From contig NC_020304.1 in assembly GCF_000341395.1 (NCBI RefSeq), forward strand, positions 1,440,001 to 1,472,000: a stretch of 32,000 bases of DNA, in the 5' to 3' direction. The position numbers and the translations under genes are program-made. The DNA is from Desulfocapsa sulfexigens DSM 10523. Lineage in GTDB: Bacteria; Desulfobacterota; Desulfobulbia; Desulfobulbales; Desulfocapsaceae. Numbering within the stretch: the stretch's first letter is position 1; every line of letters starts with the position of its first letter. The notes under the pieces were generated by a model. It ran no database searches. It worked only from the letters and a program-made list of their open reading frames with translations, and was not told the origin of the DNA. Shown piece by piece: positions 18,225 through 26,773 of the stretch.

Positions 18225-18881
18225 CTAGATTTGGGCGTAGTTTCTAAACAGATCAATATTAGGAATACGATATTTGTTTCGATGCTGTTTTTCAAGGACG
18301 CCGTCCTTGAGCATCGCACTGACGATGGTTGAAACAGTTTGCCGTGACGCTCCGACGATGGCAGCCAGTTGTGTTGTCGTCAGGTCAAGTTTGACGATGG
18401 TTCCCTTCTTGTCTTTGATACCATTCTGTCTCGTCTCGTAGATAAAGAAATCGGCCAGTCGCTGTTTGATATCCTTAAAGACCAAGCTGTCAATAATGGA
18501 AAATGTTTGGTTCAGGAGGTCGCCGAGAATACGAATAATTGTTCTGGAGAGGGCAGGGTGTGTTGCCATATAGGCGTGCAGTTTTGCGGTGGGCATAACC
18601 ATAAGGGTGACTTTTTCCAGGGCTTCAACATGGGCGCGGGTATGGGTGGGGTAAATATCGCCGGGTTCCAGGATGGCCAATGAGAACTCCTTGTCTTCTA
18701 CCGCAAGGTAGAGTCGTAACCGTCCTTTTTTGACTATAAAAACAAGATCTTGTTTGTGTCCAGGGGAGTAGATGAGTTTGTTTTTCGTGTGGTTGACGCT
18801 TGTGAATTCAGCGAGAAAGGCGCTGTTTTCCGGTTTTCTGAGTTCGGTAAGCAGGTTTATGGAAGAGAGTTTTGTTTTCAT
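18225..18881 (-). CDS. cooA: CRP/FNR-superfamily regulator, CooA-like CO sensor candidate
   Basis: RLRLYLAVEDKEFSLAILEPGDIYPTHTRAHVEA, LVFKDIKQRLADFFIYETR, ATQLAAIVGASRQTVSTIVSAMLKDGVL match the layout of known CooA proteins; next to cooS. Start moved from 18983 to 18881 (MKTKLSSINLL) to fit CooA length. Confidence 0.75.
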   Translation of the reverse strand: MKTKLSSINLLTELRKPENSAFLAEFTSVNHTKNKLIYSPGHKQDLVFIVKKGRLRLYLAVEDKEFSLAILEPGDIYPTHTRAHVEALEKVTLMVMPTAKLHAYMATHPALSRTIIRILGDLLNQTFSIIDSLVFKDIKQRLADFFIYETRQNGIKDKKGTIVKLDLTTTQLAAIVGASRQTVSTIVSAMLKDGVLEKQHRNKYRIPNIDLFRNYAQI

Positions 18882-18981
18882 TTTCAGTTGGATAGGGCAT
18901 GCTCTGCATGGCGAATCTTTTAATACGCTGTTCTGGAAAAAAGCTATTTGAAATATGTATCGTACTCTGGAGGTGAAATCC

Positions 18982-19056
18982 ATGGAAAAGTTTGTGTTGT
19001 ACTGTTATTGTCGTATGCTTTCACAGAACGATTACACCCCGCAATGGGAAAGATAA
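18982..19056 (+). CDS. Possible short leader peptide or small protein upstream of fdhD (24 aa)
   Basis: MEKFVLYCYCRMLSQNDYTPQWER*, preceded by a strong Shine-Dalgarno GGAGGTG with 6-nt spacing. Not in the ORF track (too short). Confidence 0.3.
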   Translation: MEKFVLYCYCRMLSQNDYTPQWER

Positions 19057-19071
19057 ATTTAACCGTGGTAC

Positions 19072-19857
19072 TTGAATTTGGAAGAGATCGATAACTCAGT
19101 GTCACTGATCCAGAAGACAGTGGTGGTCAGCGCATCTGGACATGAAGAGCGAGAGGAAAGACTGGCTATTGAGGTACCTTATAAAGTTGCCCTGAATGAT
19201 GAGGAAATAGGGTCATCGATGGTGCTTGCCACCGGTCTGGAGGAATTCGGAGCCGGGTTTCTTTTCGGCCAGGGCTATGTGACAAAGGTTGGCCAGGTAC
19301 GTGAAGTACTTGTCTGTCCGGAGGGCCGCATCTCTGTGCATGCCGATGTGGAAGAGGGAAGTGCACCCAAGGAGGTGATTATTACCTCCGGCTGCGGCGG
19401 TACCGGGAAAATATCGAGAGAAATGCTGGAAGGGGCCTTTGATCCCCTCAATGAATGTACAATCAGCCTTGATGAGGTAAATCAGTTTATTCGTGAAATG
19501 CTGCAGCAATCACCTCTTGGCCCGGCAACACATTGTATACATGGTTGTGGATTGTGGGCAGACGGCAGGTTGCAGGGATTTTATGAGGATGTAGGACGCC
19601 ATAATGCGGTGGATAAGGTGATTGGGGCAATTCTGATGGGGAAGATCCCGGCTAGCGGTGCCGTGTATACCACGGGACGTCTTACCTCGGATATGGTTCT
19701 GAAGTGTGCACGTATCGGCATCCCCATTGTTATGTCCCGTACCTCCCCATCATCACTGGGGCTCGCTATTGCTCGCCGCGCCGGGGTGACTCTCATCGGT
19801 TACGCCAGACCGGGGCGTTTGAATGTGTTTAATGCTCCTGAACGGATTATCTGCTGA
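19072..19857 (+). CDS. fdhD: Formate dehydrogenase accessory sulfurtransferase FdhD
   Basis: Motifs ITSGCGGTGK, HCIHGCGLWADG, YEDVGRHNAVDKVIGAIL, TTGRLTSDMVLKCARIGIPIVMSRTSPSSLGLAIARRAGVTLIGYARPGRLNVF. Exact start (TTG 19072 or nearby) uncertain. Confidence 0.93.
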   Translation: MNLEEIDNSVSLIQKTVVVSASGHEEREERLAIEVPYKVALNDEEIGSSMVLATGLEEFGAGFLFGQGYVTKVGQVREVLVCPEGRISVHADVEEGSAPKEVIITSGCGGTGKISREMLEGAFDPLNECTISLDEVNQFIREMLQQSPLGPATHCIHGCGLWADGRLQGFYEDVGRHNAVDKVIGAILMGKIPASGAVYTTGRLTSDMVLKCARIGIPIVMSRTSPSSLGLAIARRAGVTLIGYARPGRLNVFNAPERIIC

Positions 19858-19861
19858 AGAA

Positions 19862-20587
19862 TCAGCTCTTTCGTACGATCAGAGTTGAAAAATAATGTAG
19901 CTCCTGATTCAGGACGGCTTTCAGGTCATGGTGTACCCGCTGGTCTGCCATGCTGGTTCGTTCCACAAGCACAGCTTTGTCAAGCAGATCCAGTTCTTCC
20001 AGAAGTGGTACCAGTCGATCCATGGTTTTATAGACCTTCATAAAAACCACAGCGTCGAACTGGAGAAGGATGTCTCTGATCCGGTCACTTTCGAAAATGG
20101 CGGGAATCACTGCTACCCTGTCATCACCAAGACAGAGGGGAGTGGTTGCGACAGCAGCGGTGGCCCCGATGGCGGAGATGCCGGGGATGATCTGTATAGC
20201 GGCGTCCGGATTCAGCTTCAGGAGTGTTTCATAGACATAGAACCCGGTGCAATAAATTGCCGGATCGCCAAGTGTCGGCAGCGCCACATCGTTTCCGGCT
20301 TCAAGCTGTTCATTGATCAGGGCTGCCGCCTTCTCCCAGGCATCTTTCACTTCACCGTCGGGTGTCTTTCCCATGTGGATTTTCTTCATGGGAAAATGAT
20401 GGCTCAGAATAATCTTTTCTTTCGTACTGACGTTGCTGCTTGCAATGGCAAGGGCGGTGCTGTTGCCATTCTTTTGCGCGGCAGGGGTGAGCCAGACCGG
20501 ACAGTCCCTGAGTATCCGTACGGCCTTCAGGGTGATGAGCTCTGGATCACCGGGGCCAACCCCCACCACGTAAAATGTTCCTTTCAT
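19862..20587 (-). CDS. cobI: Precorrin-2 C20-methyltransferase
   Basis: 241 aa SAM-dependent tetrapyrrole methyltransferase: FYVVGVGPGDPELITLKAVRIL, LPTLGDPAIYCTGFYVYE, IIPGISAIGATAAVATTPLCLGDDRVAVIPA. Confidence 0.88.
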   Translation of the reverse strand: MKGTFYVVGVGPGDPELITLKAVRILRDCPVWLTPAAQKNGNSTALAIASSNVSTKEKIILSHHFPMKKIHMGKTPDGEVKDAWEKAAALINEQLEAGNDVALPTLGDPAIYCTGFYVYETLLKLNPDAAIQIIPGISAIGATAAVATTPLCLGDDRVAVIPAIFESDRIRDILLQFDAVVFMKVYKTMDRLVPLLEELDLLDKAVLVERTSMADQRVHHDLKAVLNQELHYFSTLIVRKS

Positions 20588-20613
20588 AATTGTTTGCTTG
20601 CTGCGTGTTTTAT

Positions 20614-21606
20614 TTATTGAAGAAGCAGGCCATTGTCATCGGCCACGTCTTTTATATGAGAGACAAAGAGAGCAGCGAATGCATCGTTGCTGCCAAGTCC
20701 TTCCATAACGGGTTTGACCTCATAGCCCTCTTTGCTGAGAATAGACATCCAGGAGTCGGTTTCCGGACCAGCCATATCGTTTTTTGCATGGTCCCCGGCA
20801 ACTATCATAAAGGGTTTGAGGATAATCTTTTTTGTTTTTGCATACTGAAGATGATCTAAAAAGTCGTTAAGGCTTGGTGTGCCTTCTACAACTCCGATGA
20901 AGGTATGTACCTCCGGGTAGACTTCGCGCATTTTTTTCTGGGTTTCGGCGTAGATACCTGTGGACCAGTGGTCATTTCCATGGCCCATGTAAAGCAATAT
21001 GGCATCTTCCTTTTTTGCAAGCTCGGCGTCTCCTGCGAGCGTGGCCACTGCGGTTGCCACGTCAGTGTGGTAACTGTAACGATCTCCCGGCATTCCCAGA
21101 GCAGGGCGTCCCATGACCAGTGTGTCAAAGGGGCGCCATTTTTCCTTGGTCGTCTTAATTGATGCCAGAGCGTCAATATAGGATTGTAAATCCTGAGACT
21201 GCTCCATGTAAAACATATGGGTGGGTTGGACAATAATATTTCGATACCCTTCTTCGCGAAGGTCACCGATGGTGGAAATAATGTTTTTTACAAAGAGGAT
21301 TTCTTTTGGAATTCCCTCATCAAGCCATCGCTGCGCCTCAACTTGTCTTTCTTTCCAGACCGAACGAATGATATTTGAGGTAAAGGTAACCCGCACTTCG
21401 GTGTTTGGGTATGCAGCTTTTGTTTTATCAATGATATTGATGATGGCTGTAATGGCACTGGGCACCGTGGTGCCAAAACTTGCAATGACAATGGCGGTAT
21501 CATTGCTGTTCCTGGTTTTGTTTCCAGAAGCCGTAACATTTGCAGCTGCCAACATCACTGTCAGCATGATTCCGAAGATCAGAATTCGTTGAACGTTGTT
21601 AAACAT
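20614..21606 (-). CDS. cbiK: Sirohydrochlorin cobaltochelatase with export signal (periplasmic CbiK type)
   Basis: TAIVIASFGTTVPSAITAI, VQPTHMFYMEQSQDL, LLYMGHGNDHWSTGIYAE, HTFIGVVEGTPSLNDFLDHL, LKPFMIVAGDHAKNDMAG; signal peptide MFNNVQRILIFGIMLTVMLAAANVTASG. Start trimmed from 21714 to ATG 21606 with GGAGAA upstream. Confidence 0.9.
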   Translation of the reverse strand: MFNNVQRILIFGIMLTVMLAAANVTASGNKTRNSNDTAIVIASFGTTVPSAITAIINIIDKTKAAYPNTEVRVTFTSNIIRSVWKERQVEAQRWLDEGIPKEILFVKNIISTIGDLREEGYRNIIVQPTHMFYMEQSQDLQSYIDALASIKTTKEKWRPFDTLVMGRPALGMPGDRYSYHTDVATAVATLAGDAELAKKEDAILLYMGHGNDHWSTGIYAETQKKMREVYPEVHTFIGVVEGTPSLNDFLDHLQYAKTKKIILKPFMIVAGDHAKNDMAGPETDSWMSILSKEGYEVKPVMEGLGSNDAFAALFVSHIKDVADDNGLLLQ

Positions 21607-21637
21607 AAGGTATTCTCCTTTTTCATGAAGATCCGGG

Positions 21638-21672
21638 AAAAAAAAACCCCGGACCAAAATATTGATCCGAGG
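21638..21672 (-). terminator. Rho-independent terminator acting as riboswitch expression platform
   Basis: Minus strand CCTCGGATC-AATATTTT-GGTCCGGGG then TTTTTTTTT, located between the B12 aptamer and the cbiK ribosome-binding site. Confidence 0.9.
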
Positions 21673-21748
21673 ATGCCCTGATTTTCCACGAATTACTGTC
21701 ATCTCCTTATCCACGGGAGATAAACTCTGCTGTGTTTTTGCACAAATA

Positions 21749-21911
21749 CTTTCAGACAGGTCTTCTGACTTCCGGATCAGCCTACTATATTACGTCTTCC
21801 CGGCCCATAAGGTCAGTGACATGAGTGTAATGTTCGTCCCCGGTTACAGCGGCGGGCCCGTCCCGGATTTGCACCGGGTTCCCTTTAAGCTCTGAACGAG
21901 CACCTGAAAGT
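21749..21911 (-). promoter_or_regulatory. Cobalamin (AdoCbl) riboswitch
   Basis: Minus strand CTTTCAGGTGCTC...AAAGGGAACCCGGTGCAAATCCGGGACGGGCCCGCCGCTGTAA...GGAAGTCAGAAGACCTGTCTGAAAG, including the B12 box and P1 closing arms CTTTCAG/CTGAAAG. Confidence 0.95.
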
Positions 21912-22240
21912 ACTGTTGTAATCATAATCCCAATTGAAAATCTCGTCAACGTCTAGGAGAGGAAGACTTCAGCCATTTAAAAACTTGAACTCAGTTTTAG
22001 TCATGGGTACGTGACTGCTGCTTCGTTGAGACGCTAGTGGTTTAAAAACAACTGTCTTTGTAAGTCTATTCCCTCTATCCTACTAATCTTGTTTGACTCT
22101 TGACTATTCATTTTGATAGGATGAATACAAGTAACATGGACTTGGTCCCCGTTCAGGTTTTTTTGTTTTTTCGGCAGGGAAGAGTTTTTTGGAAGTCCAT
22201 CATAGGTTTTGGACGTAATTGTATGTAGTGTGAGGTTTTT

Positions 22241-23821
22241 ATGGATTCAAGCCATTCAACCACTGTTCTCACCATTGAGGATGATCTGCTCATCCTTAAG
22301 ACCATTGTTTCGTATCTGAAAAGCCTTGGTTATAACGTCCTTCAGGCTGCTGATGGGCTAGAAGGGTTGGAAATTTTTCGTAGAGGACATCCGGACATTG
22401 TTCTCACGGATATTGGTCTGCCAAAGATTAATGGCATGGAGGTGCTTTCTACGATACGGGAAGAATCTCCAGATATACCCGTTATTATTGTTTCGGGAAT
22501 GGGGACCCTGGGCGATGCTATCAAGGCTTTAAGGCTTGGTGCTCGTGACTATGTCACCAAACCCATTACTGATATGGTGCTTATCAAATATGCCATAGAG
22601 CGTGCCCTTGAACATAGTAGCCTGGTTCAAGAGAACAGGAAATATCAATTTTTTCTGGAAGAAGAGGTCCGAAAAAAAACGGCAGAGTTGTATCAGGCTC
22701 AAAAGCTTGAGGCTATAGGCACTCTTGCCGGTGGCATTGCCCATGATTTTAACAATATTCTTGCTGCTATCATGGGGTATACAGAACTTGCCCTGTTCAA
22801 AACTGAAAAGGAAAGTGAGCTGGCTGACAATCTGCGTCATGTACTGAAGGCCAGTAACCGTGCCAAAGATCTGGTACTGCAAATTCTGACATTCAGTCGT
22901 AGGACAGAGATAGATCGTCATCCGATTCAGGCGTCTCTTATTGTTAAAGAGGCCCTTAAAATGCTGGAGGCTACGCTTCCGGCAACCGTCCAGTTACGCC
23001 AGCATATCAGGGCAAAAGAGACGATGATTCTTTGTGATCCCACTGAAATTCACCAGGTGATCACCAATCTCTGCACCAATGCCTTCCATGCCCTGATTAA
23101 TGAACAGGGGGATATCACTGTTGCACTTGATGAAGAGACATTTCCAGAAAATGATCTGGAGGGTTCTCAGACTACTGCAGCTGGTAAATATTTACGCCTT
23201 ACCGTCAGTGATACGGGGCGAGGCATGAATCTCGAAACACAAAATAATATTTTTGATCCATTTTTTACCACTAAAGAAAAAGGGCAGGGAACCGGCCTTG
23301 GACTTGCCGTGGTTCATGGAATTGTGACGGACTGTAATGGTTGTATCAAAGTGAAAAGTGAACTGGACAAGGGTACAACAGTTACAGTTCTGTTTCCGGT
23401 AATAGAGGCTGAGGGTAATACAGAGGCTGAGGTGGTCATTCCTCTTCCCACCGGTGTTGAACGTATCCTCTTTGTGGATGATGAGGCTGATTTGCGAAAA
23501 CTTGCACAACAGATGCTGAGCTTTCTCGGGTATTCCGTTGTTTGTTGTGCATCTGGAATGGAAGCTCTGGAAACATTGGGGGAGGATGGCTCCGGTTTTG
23601 ACATGCTCATAACCGATCAATCCATGCCCCTGATGCCGGGTACAGAGCTTGCCCGGACAGTGTTGAATCTCTGTCCGGGCTTACCAGTAATTCTCTGTAC
23701 TGGATACAGCTCCATGGTTGATGAAGAAAAGGCGCTGGCCCAGGGGATTAGAGGTTTTTTGTTAAAGCCCCTTGCCATTGGAACACTGGCAAGAGAAATC
23801 CGAACTATTCTTGATCGCTGA
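22241..23821 (+). CDS. Soluble REC-HisKA-HATPase-REC hybrid kinase
   Basis: [29 protein letters not shown]-terminal REC; [25 protein letters not shown]; [15 protein letters not shown]; [24 protein letters not shown]-terminal REC. No TM segment. Confidence 0.92.
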   Translation: MDSSHSTTVLTIEDDLLILKTIVSYLKSLGYNVLQAADGLEGLEIFRRGHPDIVLTDIGLPKINGMEVLSTIREESPDIPVIIVSGMGTLGDAIKALRLGARDYVTKPITDMVLIKYAIERALEHSSLVQENRKYQFFLEEEVRKKTAELYQAQKLEAIGTLAGGIAHDFNNILAAIMGYTELALFKTEKESELADNLRHVLKASNRAKDLVLQILTFSRRTEIDRHPIQASLIVKEALKMLEATLPATVQLRQHIRAKETMILCDPTEIHQVITNLCTNAFHALINEQGDITVALDEETFPENDLEGSQTTAAGKYLRLTVSDTGRGMNLETQNNIFDPFFTTKEKGQGTGLGLAVVHGIVTDCNGCIKVKSELDKGTTVTVLFPVIEAEGNTEAEVVIPLPTGVERILFVDDEADLRKLAQQMLSFLGYSVVCCASGMEALETLGEDGSGFDMLITDQSMPLMPGTELARTVLNLCPGLPVILCTGYSSMVDEEKALAQGIRGFLLKPLAIGTLAREIRTILDR

Positions 23822-23834
23822 TGACGGGGAAAAA

Positions 23835-25553
23835 ATGACGGAAAAATCTCAACAAAAAGCCATTATTATAGCTGAAGATGATCAGCTGATTCGAACGACA
23901 ACGGCTCACTATCTGAGGAGCAGGGGCTATAAGGTCATTGAGGCCGAAGATGGCAAGGTTGCTTTGCAACTCTTCAGAGAGAATGCTCCGGATATAGTGC
24001 TCACAGATTTACGAATGCCGGAACTCGATGGAATGGAGCTTGTCAAGACGATTGCGCTGGAAGATGCTGGGATACCAGTGATTATTGTTTCCGGCATGGG
24101 CACCATGAACGATGTTATTGAGGCCCTCCGTGTCGGAGCCTGGGATTTTCTTACCAAACCCATAGCGGACCTGGGGATCCTTAATCATAGTATAAAAAGA
24201 GCTTTGAATCATGCTGAACTTTTACGAAAAGAAAAGAAACATCAGGCGTCTCTTGAAGCTGAGGTAGAACTGCGAACCATAGAGCTTCTTCAGCATAACA
24301 AAATGCTGGAAAAGGAAATGCAGAAGCGTCAGGTGCAGGAAGCCAAAGTTCTCCGGGCCAAACAGGAATGGGAGCGTACCGTCGATAGCATGTCGGATAT
24401 GGTTGCCATTATTGATAGGGAACACAATATTGTCCGCATGAACAGGACCATGGTTGATGTCATCGGTGAATCGTATGAGGAGCTGCTGGGCGGGAAATGT
24501 TACCAGTGGATGCATGGTATGGATGCTCCTCCCGATTATTGTCCACATGTGAGACTTCTTCAGGATCAAAAGAGTCATCATGTGGAAATGTACCAGGAAC
24601 AGATTGGAGGGCACTGTGAAGAGCTGGTGAGACCCTATTATGATTCCGATGGAGTCTTGCTCGGTTCAGTCCATATTGTGAGAAATATTAATGACCAGAA
24701 AAAGGCGGAGCAGGAAAAAGAAAAAGTTCAATCGCAGTTGTTGCATGCTCAGAAACTGGAGTCAGTGGGACAGCTGGCGGCAGGTATTGCCCATGAGATA
24801 AATACTCCCACGCAGTTCATCGGGACTAATATTGATTTTCTTGAAGAGGCAAGTCAGGATATCAGCAGCTTTATGGGACAGATACAGGAGATAATAAAAA
24901 CTGCACCACAGGAGGTCGTCGATGCGGTAAACACCGCATTTGAAGAGATGGACTGGGATTATCTTGCCGAAGAAATACCCCTGGCAATCAGCCAGTCCCG
25001 TGAGGGGGTGAAACGGGTTACTTCCATTGTCCGCGCCATGAAGGAGTTCTCCCATCCTGGAAGCAGGGATAAAGAATCGCTGAGCCTCAATCAGATTATC
25101 AATACCACTGTTACCGTGGCCCGTAATGAGTGGAAATATGTGGCCGAAATGAGTCTGAGACTTGATGAGAATTTACCACGGGTTCCATTGCTTGCCGATG
25201 AAATGGGACAGGTGATTCTCAATATGCTGGTGAATGCAGCCCATGCCATCGCAGAAAAACTAGGTGATAATCCGGAGGGGGAAAAGGGAATTATTACCAT
25301 TGCCACCGCTGGAACCGAAGAAGGGGTTACAGTGAGTATTTCTGATACCGGAGCAGGTATGCCTGAGAAGGTTCAGCTTCGTATCTTTGACCCCTTTTAC
25401 ACCACGAAGAAAGTGGGTAAGGGCACCGGGCAGGGACTGGCCATCAGCCATGATGTGATTGTCGAAAAACATCAGGGAACCATAAGCGTTGAATCAGAAG
25501 CAGGCAGAGGGACAACCTTTATTATAACCCTGCCGTTACACCCAGGAAAATGA
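23835..25553 (+). CDS. Soluble REC-PAS-histidine kinase
   Basis: AIIIAEDDQLIRTTTAHYLRSRGYKVIEA; PAS region SMSDMVAIIDREHNIVRMNRTM; LAAGIAHEINTPTQFIGTNIDFLEE; GTGQGLAISHDVIVEKHQG. Start trimmed to ATG 23835. Confidence 0.9.
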   Translation: MTEKSQQKAIIIAEDDQLIRTTTAHYLRSRGYKVIEAEDGKVALQLFRENAPDIVLTDLRMPELDGMELVKTIALEDAGIPVIIVSGMGTMNDVIEALRVGAWDFLTKPIADLGILNHSIKRALNHAELLRKEKKHQASLEAEVELRTIELLQHNKMLEKEMQKRQVQEAKVLRAKQEWERTVDSMSDMVAIIDREHNIVRMNRTMVDVIGESYEELLGGKCYQWMHGMDAPPDYCPHVRLLQDQKSHHVEMYQEQIGGHCEELVRPYYDSDGVLLGSVHIVRNINDQKKAEQEKEKVQSQLLHAQKLESVGQLAAGIAHEINTPTQFIGTNIDFLEEASQDISSFMGQIQEIIKTAPQEVVDAVNTAFEEMDWDYLAEEIPLAISQSREGVKRVTSIVRAMKEFSHPGSRDKESLSLNQIINTTVTVARNEWKYVAEMSLRLDENLPRVPLLADEMGQVILNMLVNAAHAIAEKLGDNPEGEKGIITIATAGTEEGVTVSISDTGAGMPEKVQLRIFDPFYTTKKVGKGTGQGLAISHDVIVEKHQGTISVESEAGRGTTFIITLPLHPGK

Positions 25554-26773
25554 CAATGAGTAAAAAAAGTATCTTGTTCGTAGACGATGAACCCAATATC
25601 CTTTCGGGCTTAAAGCGGATGCTGCGGTCGATGCGGAATGATTTTGATTTGTGTTTTGCGGAAAATGGTACTGAAGCACTTGAGATTATGGAGAACGCTG
25701 AATTTGATGTGGTGGTCTCAGATATGCGCATGCCGGGTATGAATGGTGCTCAGTTCCTTTCAAAGATCCAGGAAATTCATCCCTATTCCATTCGTATTAT
25801 GCTTACCGGACAGGCCGATGAAGAGTCGGTTATGCAGGCGGTTGGTGTTGTCCATCAATTTCTTGCCAAACCATGTGAGCCCGAACATCTGAAGGCCGTC
25901 TTGTTGCGAGCAAGCAGTTTGCACGAGCTCATCTCCCATGCCTCAGTAAGAAAGGTCGTCTCGCGGCTTGGCACTTTACCGAGTGTTCCCGAGGTCTATG
26001 AAAAACTGCGCAGAGCCATGGCAGACCCAGAGATTTCTGTTGCAGACGTTGCGGCAATAATAGAAGAGGATATGGCCATGAGTGCCAAAGTCCTGCAGCT
26101 GGTGAACTCCGCATTTTTCGGTCTCTTTCAGAAGGTGGAAAGTCCTGCCCGAGCGGTGAATCTTCTGGGATTGGAGACAGTAAAAAATCTTGTTCTGGGC
26201 GTTGGAGCATTTTCTGAGATACATGCTACTTCTAAGATTTTTTCAATAAAAAAACTCTGGACACACAGTATGGTCGTGGGAACTCTGGCGAAGAAGATTG
26301 CTCTCAGTGAGTCCGATGATAAGGAGCTTATTGATAATAGTTTTATAGCTGGCCTGCTTCATGATATTGGTAAGCTGGTATTGCTTGCCCAGTTGCTTGA
26401 AAAATATGAAAAGGCTATTTTCCTTGCCGGTGAGAAAAACATTCAACTGCGCATGGCTGAAAAGGAGATATTTGATACGGTACACGGAGATATCGGGGCA
26501 TATCTGATGGGATTGTGGGGAATGCCGGGGCCGGTGGTGGAGGCCATCGGATTCCATCACCGTATAGATGATTATCCGGGGAGTGGCTTCAGCCCGGCCA
26601 TTGCTGTCCATGTGGCTAATGTATTATACTACGAGAATAGACCGGATGAAGTTGTTGGCGTACCCCATACAATGAATACAGTTCATTTGCAATCTCTTGG
26701 ATTTGGTGACAAAATCAATCAGTGGCGTGAATTGGGTACTGAATTCTTCGAACAGGATAGCAATGATGACTGA
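25550..26773 (+). CDS. REC-HDOD response regulator with intact HDIGK motif
   Basis: ILFVDDEPNILSGLKRML; SRLGTLPSVPEVYEKLRRAMADPEISVADVAAIIEEDMAMSAKVLQLVNSAFF; GLLHDIGKLVLL. ATGA overlap with previous gene. Confidence 0.93.
   Translation: MTMSKKSILFVDDEPNILSGLKRMLRSMRNDFDLCFAENGTEALEIMENAEFDVVVSDMRMPGMNGAQFLSKIQEIHPYSIRIMLTGQADEESVMQAVGVVHQFLAKPCEPEHLKAVLLRASSLHELISHASVRKVVSRLGTLPSVPEVYEKLRRAMADPEISVADVAAIIEEDMAMSAKVLQLVNSAFFGLFQKVESPARAVNLLGLETVKNLVLGVGAFSEIHATSKIFSIKKLWTHSMVVGTLAKKIALSESDDKELIDNSFIAGLLHDIGKLVLLAQLLEKYEKAIFLAGEKNIQLRMAEKEIFDTVHGDIGAYLMGLWGMPGPVVEAIGFHHRIDDYPGSGFSPAIAVHVANVLYYENRPDEVVGVPHTMNTVHLQSLGFGDKINQWRELGTEFFEQDSNDD

Noticed and set aside
18882-18983. N-terminal 34-aa extension of the CooA-like protein (MDFTSRVRYIFQIAFFQNSVLKDSPCRACPIQLK) with a CxxC pair, considered as an extra redox motif.
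   Set aside because: Likely upstream untranslated sequence; starting at MKTKLSSINLL fits the length of known CooA proteins, and the extension begins in the sORF/SD region of the opposite strand.
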